A stretch of 64,000 bases of DNA from Candidatus Poriferisodalaceae bacterium (GTDB lineage Bacteria; Actinomycetota; Acidimicrobiia; Acidimicrobiales; Poriferisodalaceae). The DNA lies in contig OZ242183.1 of NCBI GenBank assembly GCA_965205925.1, positions 1,148,641-1,212,640 of the forward strand, in the 5' to 3' direction. Below are positions 18,973 to 25,564 of the stretch, piece by piece (position 1 is the first letter of the stretch; each line of letters opens with the position of its first letter). The translations under genes were made by a program, and so were the position numbers. The notes beneath the pieces were generated by a model. It did not search any database, was not told where the DNA came from, and saw only the letters and a program-made list of their open reading frames with translations.

Positions 18973-19412
18973 GATCCGGCGTTGCTCCTGGGGGGGGGTA
19001 TTAGGATTGGGAATTCAACCAAACGTTTCTTGGTTATGTGCTTCATGGTTGTTCCATGCGCTTGTTTCTCTAAGTCTTTGATGGCATTTTGTAATACCCA
19101 AGCAAGCCACCCAATTTGGACTTTTTTCGAGGGAATGACCTTAAAAAGGTGCTGATTTAGAAGAGCGGGACCACGATCCCAGAAGCGCACAGCCAATGTG
19201 GCAGACCAAGAGAAGACTAGGTCGCCGTCATCAATCTGAAATCGATCTGGGATCTCTACTTCAGATCGGTCAGGGATTTCTTGAGGATTCAATAGCTGTT
19301 TGATTCGGATGACAGGTTTCCCGGTTGTTCCAAGTTCAGATGGCTTAAAGGGGTAGCCGTTGTTGAATACCGCGATATCGCCAAGTTTTGATTCACGCCA
19401 GCCGTCATTCAT
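18873..19412 (-). CDS. hsdS: HsdS fragment 1: TRD1, frameshifted at a G9 tract
   Basis: MNDGWRESKLGDIAVFNNGYPFKPSE...LVEFPILIPPP, then an out-of-frame tail of about 38 aa. ATG 19412 overlaps the hsdM stop (ATGAATGA). Confidence 0.8.
   Translation of the reverse strand: MNDGWRESKLGDIAVFNNGYPFKPSELGTTGKPVIRIKQLLNPQEIPDRSEVEIPDRFQIDDGDLVFSWSATLAVRFWDRGPALLNQHLFKVIPSKKVQIGWLAWVLQNAIKDLEKQAHGTTMKHITKKRLVEFPILIPPPRSNAGSWISSNQSTPTSTLSNSNSQLARQPAKRCSSSS
18990..18998. repeat. G9 homopolymer at the TRD1|CR1 junction of hsdS
   Basis: Counted directly. With one extra base the reading is ..FPILIPPPQEQRRIVDLIESIDTYL.. Confidence 0.95.
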
Positions 19413-20918
19413 AGCCAGCGGCCTTGAGTCGCTTGTCCATCGCCAACTGAGCTTCTGCAAGCTGTTTCTGGGCTTGGCGTAGGTCGGTAAGAGCTTCGCC
19501 TACGTCGATGATTTCATCGGCGTCTTGTTGTATGTAGCGACCGATGTTGAGATCCCAGCCGTTGGTTTCTATTTCGCTGATATCTACGGTCGATTGCTTG
19601 ATCCCGTCTGCCTCTACATCGGGATCTAGGTATGCCTCAAGTAGCGCTGCCACGTCGCCATCGCCAAGTGTGTTCTGGCTGCGGCCGGACTCGTATCGCT
19701 GAGAGCCGTCGATGATGCGAACTTTGCCCTTAGATGCCTTGTCTTTACTATTTCGCAAGATCAGCAGGCACGCAGGGATAGAAGTGCCGTAGAAAAGATT
19801 TGGCCCAAGACCGATGAGGGCTTCAAGCAAATCTGTCTCAAGAATGTACTGTCGTATACGTCCCTCAGCACCTGATCGAAACAGGGCGCCGTGAGGCATT
19901 ACGACCCCGACCTTGCCGGTGTTGGGTTTAGCAGAAGCGAGCATGTGCTGAATCCAGGCGAAGTCAGCGTTGTTTTTTGGTGGAACGCCTCCTAGTTCGG
20001 AACGGTTGTGTGGGTCATCTGCCCAGACTTCTCGCCCCCACTCTTTAAGTGAAAACGGTGGGTTGGCGATGACTACGTCAAACTGGCTGAGCTTTCCTTT
20101 GTTGTCGACAAAGAGTGGGTTGCGAAGCGTGTCACCTCTGCGAATGGTTGTGTCTTCCACATCTTGGATGTAGAGGTTCATTCGACCTATTGCCGATGAG
20201 GTTTGGTTTACCTCTTGGCCAAAGAATCGCATCCGAGCGGTGGATCTGCCCGAAGTCTTGATTTCTTTGGCGACTTCGATCAGCATGCCCGCAGAGCCGC
20301 ATGCCGGGTCATAGACCGTGTCGGTTTCAGTGGCTGCAAGAATCTTGACTAGGAGGTGTACGACTCCTCGAGGGGTGAAAAACTGCCCAGCGTTGGCAGC
20401 GTTTTCGTCTGAGAACTGCTTGAGCAAGTACTCGTACCCATCACCCAACATGTCGTGGGGCACTTGGCTAGGCGAGATGTTGTAACGGTTGAAGTGATCA
20501 ACCAGCCGTTGGAGACGTTCAGGCGGCATTCGATTTGAATCAGCCCAGGAGGCGTTGCCAAAGATCCCCGCGAGTCGATCTGGGTTGGCTTGTTCAATCT
20601 TTTGCGTTATCGCTTGGATTGCTACACCGTGGTTTTCAGTGACACGGCGTAAATCCTCCCAATGGCACCCATCCGGGATGGCGAACTTGTGAAAATCGGA
20701 TTTGGCAATCTCTTGAGTGAGTTCGTCACCCCACTCAGCTTCTGCTTCAGCCTGCTTTTCATCCCAAGTGTCCGACAGCAGTTTTAGGAAGAGAATCGGG
20801 AAAATGAAATCCCGCAGGTTGACTGGATCTACCGGACCTCGGAGGATGTCGGCGGCTCCCCAGAGCCAAGATTCAAGCTCTTGCTGAGATAGTGCTGGGG
20901 GAGGGGGGGGGTCGTCAT
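19405..20918 (-). CDS. hsdM: Type I R-M N6-adenine DNA methyltransferase (HsdM), start codon out of frame in this sequence
   Basis: Motif I DPACGSAGML, motif IV NPPF, and FFTPR. The conserved HsdM N-domain (LSQQELESWLWGAADILRGPVDPVNLRDFIFPILFLKLLSD...) is in frame with the 19405-20529 ORF. It has no ATG/GTG/TTG upstream of 20529. The only plausible ATG (20918-20916) is displaced by one base across the G9 tract. Confidence 0.85.
20903..20911. repeat. G9 homopolymer (in the context GGGGG-A-GGGGGGGGG) four nt downstream of the hsdM ATG
   Basis: Counted directly. G10 would give MTTPPPPPALSQQELESW... Confidence 0.95.
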
Positions 20919-20960
20919 CCGCCGGTCATCATTTGACCTAGTGACGGCGCGTTAGTTGAG

Positions 20961-21033
20961 TGGAGCTAAGGGGAATCGAACCCCTGACCTCTTCCATGCC
21001 ATGGAAGCGCTCTACCAACTGAGCTATAGCCCC
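20961..21033 (-). tRNA. tRNA-Ala (anticodon GGC)
   Basis: Minus strand reads GGGGCUAUAGCUCAGUUGGUAGAGCGCUUCCAUGGCAUGGAAGAGGUCAGGGGUUCGAUUCCCCUUAGCUCCA. It folds as a cloverleaf with a G3:U70 pair, anticodon loop AUGGCAU and a GGUUCGAUUCC T-arm. CCA is not encoded. Confidence 0.9.
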
Positions 21034-21045
21034 GCACTTGTGCAT

Positions 21046-21083
21046 GAGCGCAGAAGCCTACTAAGAGCGCAGTGGTCTACTAA
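21046..21083. repeat. Imperfect 19-nt tandem direct repeat just 5' of tRNA-Ala
   Basis: GAGCGCAGAAGCCTACTAA / GAGCGCAGTGGTCTACTAA, 15 of 19 identical. Confidence 0.7.
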
Positions 21084-21126
21084 TCCTGATGTGCTGGCAC
21101 CTGATACACAGCAAAGTGATGGTTGT

Positions 21127-21558
21127 CTAAGAAATCCGCACTCGCACGTAGGTGCGGTCGTCGAAGCTGATGTTGTCAGGAGATGCGACTTTTGTCCCTG
21201 GTGGATGCTCAAGCCGAAGGGGGTCGCGTTCTATCGCTGCAGCGAGCAGCTTTTCACTTTCTTCAAGAGTGCTTTGCGGCGTGGTGTAGCCGTCGGAGGC
21301 CAGCACAAGTTCGCTTGCTTGAGCGAAGTCGAAGACATCCACTATTTCTTTGGGAGTGCTCGTTCCATCGAAGACAGCGAAACCCAACTCGTGTTTACAG
21401 AGATTGTTGAAGCGTTTGGCTTCTTGCAATAGCGGCAAGATCAGTGCCCATCGGCGAGCAGCAGAGCGTTTGCGCCACAAGAATCCCATCAGCGTCAGGA
21501 ATCCAGTACCCGCTAGCCCGACCACCACTCCTAGGAGGTTATTGAGAACATTTAGCAC
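21127..21558 (-). CDS. Hypothetical membrane-anchored protein
   Basis: One N-terminal TM segment (LLGVVVGLAGTGFLTLMGFLW) followed by a soluble domain of about 100 aa with no motif I can assign. Confidence 0.45.
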   Translation of the reverse strand: MLNVLNNLLGVVVGLAGTGFLTLMGFLWRKRSAARRWALILPLLQEAKRFNNLCKHELGFAVFDGTSTPKEIVDVFDFAQASELVLASDGYTTPQSTLEESEKLLAAAIERDPLRLEHPPGTKVASPDNISFDDRTYVRVRIS

Positions 21559-21610
21559 AGGGCGATACTATTTCTTGACCGCGTAACAACCCTGATGATT
21601 TTTTGAACCA

Positions 21611-21952
21611 ATGAGTATTGCTGTAGAAGTAGAGAAGCTGGGTGAAGAAATAAAGCGCTTCGGTCAGCAGGCGTATCTGCTAAGCGTCAGCGATGACTCC
21701 ACCGCACACATCGCACATCTCACTTTCAGCTTCACCGATGGTGAACTGCGATGTGGTGCTAGCCGAACTGCGGCTGCAAACATTTCCGCACGACCAAGAG
21801 TGTCGGTGCTATGGCCGCCGTTTGAAGCTGGCGGCTATTCAATGATCGTTGATGGCGATTGCCAGGTGTCAAAAGGCACCGCAGCCGACGATGGTGACGA
21901 GCTAGCGATCAGACCAGTCACCGGCGTGCTTCACAGGCCAGCGGCTGGTTAG
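21611..21952 (+). CDS. Small PPOX-like (pyridoxamine 5'-phosphate oxidase / FMN-binding split-barrel) family protein, tentative
   Basis: The size and the pattern AYLLSVSDD..AHIAHL...ARPRVSVLWPP...GYSMIVDG resemble split-barrel flavin/F420-binding proteins. The call is weak. Confidence 0.4.
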   Translation: MSIAVEVEKLGEEIKRFGQQAYLLSVSDDSTAHIAHLTFSFTDGELRCGASRTAAANISARPRVSVLWPPFEAGGYSMIVDGDCQVSKGTAADDGDELAIRPVTGVLHRPAAG

Positions 21953-21956
21953 TAAC

Positions 21957-22982
21957 TTAAGCAGCCTTCAAGTCGTTGAAGATAGTGCTCCAGCGGTCAG
22001 ATTCTCCCTCATAGGGCGCATAAAAGCTAACCCTGTCCACTACGTCGCTGTAGCGACCCTTCAACGCTGTTGCCACCTTCTCAGGTTCAGCCACTACTGC
22101 AAACGCGCTCAAGATGTCGTCGGTGATCAGATTGCCCATCTCCACCCACTTGCCTTCTTTAGACATTCCGTTTAGCTCGGTTTGCAGATCACCCCAACCG
22201 TGGCAGTCCAACACCGGTCGATAAGCAGGGGTAGAACCATAAAACGCAATCTGCTGCTTGACGCCCTGTGTGGCTTTGTCCATTTGCTCTTCGTTGTTGC
22301 CGGTAACAATGAATGAAGGCCCGGAGATGGTGATGTCGTTAAGCGACCGACCAGCTTTGGCAGCCCCACGCTCTAGCGCAGGGATGGTTTCTTCACGCAG
22401 ATATTTCTCAGTGGTAAACCCGTGGCACATAAACAGATCACAGGTCTCACCAGCGACCTCAGTCATCAATGGCCCAACACCAGCCAACGCCACTTTGGGA
22501 GCGCCATACGGATTTTCGCCCGGATGAAAGAACGGACTCATCAACGTGTGCTGATAAAAGTCACCTTGAAAATTCAGCTTCTCGCCAGTATTCCAGCTAT
22601 TCCAAATGGCCTTGACGGCGAGAATCATCTCACGCATGCGAGCCGCAGGTTTTGACCATTCCATTGAAAAACGCTTAGTGATGTGCGGCTTGATCTGGCT
22701 ACCTAACCCCAGAATGAACCGGCCACCTGAGAGTAGTTGTATGTCGTTGGCGCTGTAAGCCAACGACATCGGATTACGAGCAAACCCCACCACGATGCTG
22801 GTGCCAAGCTCAACACTGTCGGTCGCATGCGCCATCAGAGGCAGCATCGTGAACGGGTCGTGGCTGGTTTCGGGCACCCACAATCCGTCGTAGCCAAGTT
22901 CTTCTTGTTTGCGGGAGGACTCCATGAGCCCGTCAAATCCGCTAGTTACACCAATACCGCCATCTACCTTCATGACTGCCAC
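21957..22982 (-). CDS. LLM-class (luciferase-like) F420-dependent oxidoreductase
   Basis: EELGYDGLWVPETSHDPF, GGRFILGLGSQ and the length of about 340 aa are typical of actinobacterial LLM F420 enzymes. Confidence 0.75.
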   Translation of the reverse strand: MAVMKVDGGIGVTSGFDGLMESSRKQEELGYDGLWVPETSHDPFTMLPLMAHATDSVELGTSIVVGFARNPMSLAYSANDIQLLSGGRFILGLGSQIKPHITKRFSMEWSKPAARMREMILAVKAIWNSWNTGEKLNFQGDFYQHTLMSPFFHPGENPYGAPKVALAGVGPLMTEVAGETCDLFMCHGFTTEKYLREETIPALERGAAKAGRSLNDITISGPSFIVTGNNEEQMDKATQGVKQQIAFYGSTPAYRPVLDCHGWGDLQTELNGMSKEGKWVEMGNLITDDILSAFAVVAEPEKVATALKGRYSDVVDRVSFYAPYEGESDRWSTIFNDLKAA

Positions 22983-23065
22983 GCTAGTAGGGACAGCATT
23001 TGGTTACAGGTTGACGAGCCGTTTCAGCGTGCGGCTAGTGACGTGGCTAGCGATACTGGGAACTC

Positions 23066-23656
23066 ATGATTGATGTAACCGATGCAACGTTTAACGATGA
23101 GGTAGTCGCAGCCAGCCATAACCAGCCCGTGGTGGTGGATCTATGGGCACCTTGGTGTGGCCCTTGTAAATCGTTAGCACCCATTTTGGAAAAAGTGATT
23201 GCAGATACTGATGGTGCTGTGGCGGGCGCCAAGGTGAACATCGACGAAAACCCCGAGGTTGCTCGCGCTATGCAAGCGCAGTCGATTCCTCTGGTGGTGG
23301 CATTCAAAGATGGACAGCCCGTTGACGGGTTTTTGGGAGCCCAAGGTGAACCAATGGTGCGGGATTTTGTCGCGAAATTGTTACCCGAACCGTCTTCATT
23401 GATTGCAGAAGCGCAAACCGATGACGCAACAGCAGAAATCGCAGCGGAGGATGTCGAGGAAACTACGACCGCCTCAGCCGAACCCAAGCCCGAGTTTGAC
23501 CTAGCCGAAGTTGAAACTGAACTAGAGGCACTACTAACCACAGTCAAAACAAGCGATACAGATCGGCAAAAGTTTGTAGAGCTACTGGAACTGTTGGGTG
23601 CCGAGCATCCAGCGACCGCCTCATGGCGTAAGCAGCTTTCAGCCATGCTGTACTGA
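23066..23656 (+). CDS. Thioredoxin-domain protein with acidic C-terminal extension
   Basis: Active site WAPWCGPCK within a canonical Trx fold (VVVDLWAPWCGPCKSLAPILEKV), followed by an extension of about 90 aa. Confidence 0.8.
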   Translation: MIDVTDATFNDEVVAASHNQPVVVDLWAPWCGPCKSLAPILEKVIADTDGAVAGAKVNIDENPEVARAMQAQSIPLVVAFKDGQPVDGFLGAQGEPMVRDFVAKLLPEPSSLIAEAQTDDATAEIAAEDVEETTTASAEPKPEFDLAEVETELEALLTTVKTSDTDRQKFVELLELLGAEHPATASWRKQLSAMLY

Positions 23657-23663
23657 CGCCGTC

Positions 23664-24803
23664 TTGAAGCTGTTCTCAGTCACTGCGTACTTCACGCAGT
23701 TCGCGGTTGCCGCTGGTCTAGGAGTCGTGTTCGGCTACTTGGCCGACCTGCAAGAGCGTTACGACCTGTCGGACATGTCGCTTGGCATAATCGCCGCCTC
23801 TGGTTTTGCAGCAGCGCTATTTACACAGTTAGCAATTTCACCGTTTGTAGACCGCGGGTTTGCTGGAGCGATAGCAGCGATCGCCATAGCTTCCTCAGCG
23901 TTTGGTTGTTTCGGGTTTGTATTTGCAGAACAAACCTGGACGTTGGCGGCTAGTCGAGGCCTGTCGGGCGTGGGTTTTGGGCTGTACTCCATCGTTGCTC
24001 GTAAGGCACTGATAGGTGTTGATGTAACTGGAGGCGCGCGGAAAGTGGGCTTTTTGGTGTCGTTCGGGGTGGCAGGTTTCATTAGTGGTCCAGCTATCGC
24101 ATCGTCATTGGGAACGATCACATTTGAGATGCCGTTCATCGTGCTGGGGGTGGTGCTGGTCGCGTCCGGCTCACTTATCGCCACGCTTATCGGCCGAACA
24201 CCTATAGCCACAACCCACGTTGACCACTCCCAGATCGGCGAGCTGCTCCGACGACCTCGCGTTCAGGCAGCTATCGGCGGCAATGTTGCGTTGTGGGGCT
24301 TCATAGGTCTGTTCGATTCCACTGTTGACCGCTACCTCACCGACCTGGGCTTGTCCGACCTAGAGATTGCGGTTGGACTGATAGCGGTTGGCATTCCGCT
24401 GGTAACCCTTTCGCCCAGTGCGGGTGCGTTGGGTGAAAGAATTGGCGCCCGCAAGGTGTTTGCTCCGGCCTACATAGCACTGGTTCCAGCTATTTGGATT
24501 TACGGATTCGTCAACGGGCTAGCGGTATTCATTGTGATCGGGATAATTGAAGCTGTGATCGAGTCGTATGCAGCCATGAGCGCGCAAGTGCTTGTATTGG
24601 AGGCCACTGGCGCTGAGCGGGTTGCGACCGGTGCGGCTGTGCTTGAATCGGTCGGCTTCAGTGCTGCTCTAGTGACTGCGCTAATAGGCCCGGTGGGTTA
24701 TGGCGCTTTAGGTCAACACAAGTTGTTCTTGTTTTGGGCGATCGGCACTGCTGTGCCAGTTGCGTTCGCTTTACAAAGATTGAGAAAGGTAAAGCAGACA
24801 TAA
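23664..24803 (+). CDS. MFS transporter
   Basis: About 12 predicted hydrophobic segments. Start moved to the in-frame TTG at 23664 to remove overlap with the thioredoxin gene. Confidence 0.7.
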   Translation: MKLFSVTAYFTQFAVAAGLGVVFGYLADLQERYDLSDMSLGIIAASGFAAALFTQLAISPFVDRGFAGAIAAIAIASSAFGCFGFVFAEQTWTLAASRGLSGVGFGLYSIVARKALIGVDVTGGARKVGFLVSFGVAGFISGPAIASSLGTITFEMPFIVLGVVLVASGSLIATLIGRTPIATTHVDHSQIGELLRRPRVQAAIGGNVALWGFIGLFDSTVDRYLTDLGLSDLEIAVGLIAVGIPLVTLSPSAGALGERIGARKVFAPAYIALVPAIWIYGFVNGLAVFIVIGIIEAVIESYAAMSAQVLVLEATGAERVATGAAVLESVGFSAALVTALIGPVGYGALGQHKLFLFWAIGTAVPVAFALQRLRKVKQT

Positions 24804-24828
24804 CCAGGTTTAGCTCGTTAGCTGAGCG

Positions 24829-25560
24829 GTGCAAACCTGTGCCGCAAAATCCCCACTAGAAATCGCCAGAAGCCGTACTACGGTCGGCAAGCGAGTGGAT
24901 TCAAATATTCCCGTCAATTGGCGTTTGGTAGCCAAAGAGATACGAGATGTCGGTCTGCGGTTGGGTTGGCGACCTGTTCTAGGCATCTTTGCAGCACTCG
25001 GTGCCTTAGGCATAGCGGTGTACCTGCTAGGAGTACGAACAGGAGCGCCACCCCCAATCGACCTGCCGTTAGCTGGCAGCAATACTGTGGCTCTGCCGCA
25101 AGCAGCTGCCAGTCAAGCGCCGACGGATCTGCTGCTGGTGCAAATAGATGGTGAAGTTGTTACACCTGGTTTGTACGAAATCGCTATCACAGCGCGGCTA
25201 GATGATCTGGTCAGAAGTGCTGGCGGACTAACGCCCAGGGCCGACACATCGCGGATCAATCTGGCGCAACCGTTAAGCGATTCTGATTGGCTATTCGTAC
25301 CGGCTATTGGTGAACCATTACCGGCGGGTATAGATGGCGCAGGAGCGGTTTCGTCGGGCAGCAATGGCGGCCTGGTCAACATCAATACCGCTAACGAGAG
25401 TGAGCTAACGGCTCTGGCTGGTATCGGTCCAGTGTTGGCAGAGCGGATCGTTAAGCATCGTGAAACATACGGCCCCTTTGCGTCGATCGATGCGCTAACG
25501 GCTGTCTCTGACATTGGCTCCAAAACTGTCGCCGGTTTTCGCGATCAAGCCAAGATCTGA
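24829..25560 (+). CDS. comEA: Competence protein ComEA (membrane-anchored DNA receptor, HhH)
   Basis: N-terminal TM segment, a SLBB-like region (LLLVQIDGEVVTPGLYEI), and a C-terminal VNINTANESELTALAGIGPVLAERIVKHRETYGPFASIDAL helix-hairpin-helix. Confidence 0.85.
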   Translation: MQTCAAKSPLEIARSRTTVGKRVDSNIPVNWRLVAKEIRDVGLRLGWRPVLGIFAALGALGIAVYLLGVRTGAPPPIDLPLAGSNTVALPQAAASQAPTDLLLVQIDGEVVTPGLYEIAITARLDDLVRSAGGLTPRADTSRINLAQPLSDSDWLFVPAIGEPLPAGIDGAGAVSSGSNGGLVNINTANESELTALAGIGPVLAERIVKHRETYGPFASIDALTAVSDIGSKTVAGFRDQAKI

Positions 25561-25564
25561 CTAG

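Noticed and set aside
21135-21156. Hairpin CCGCAC-N10-GTGCGG as a terminator for the 143-aa gene
   Set aside because: It lies inside the 3' end of the coding sequence, upstream of the stop at 21127, and has no U-tract.
23047-23646. 199-aa minus-strand ORF opposite the thioredoxin gene
   Set aside because: It is Ser/Ala-rich low-complexity sequence, and the + strand carries an unambiguous WCGPC thioredoxin fold.
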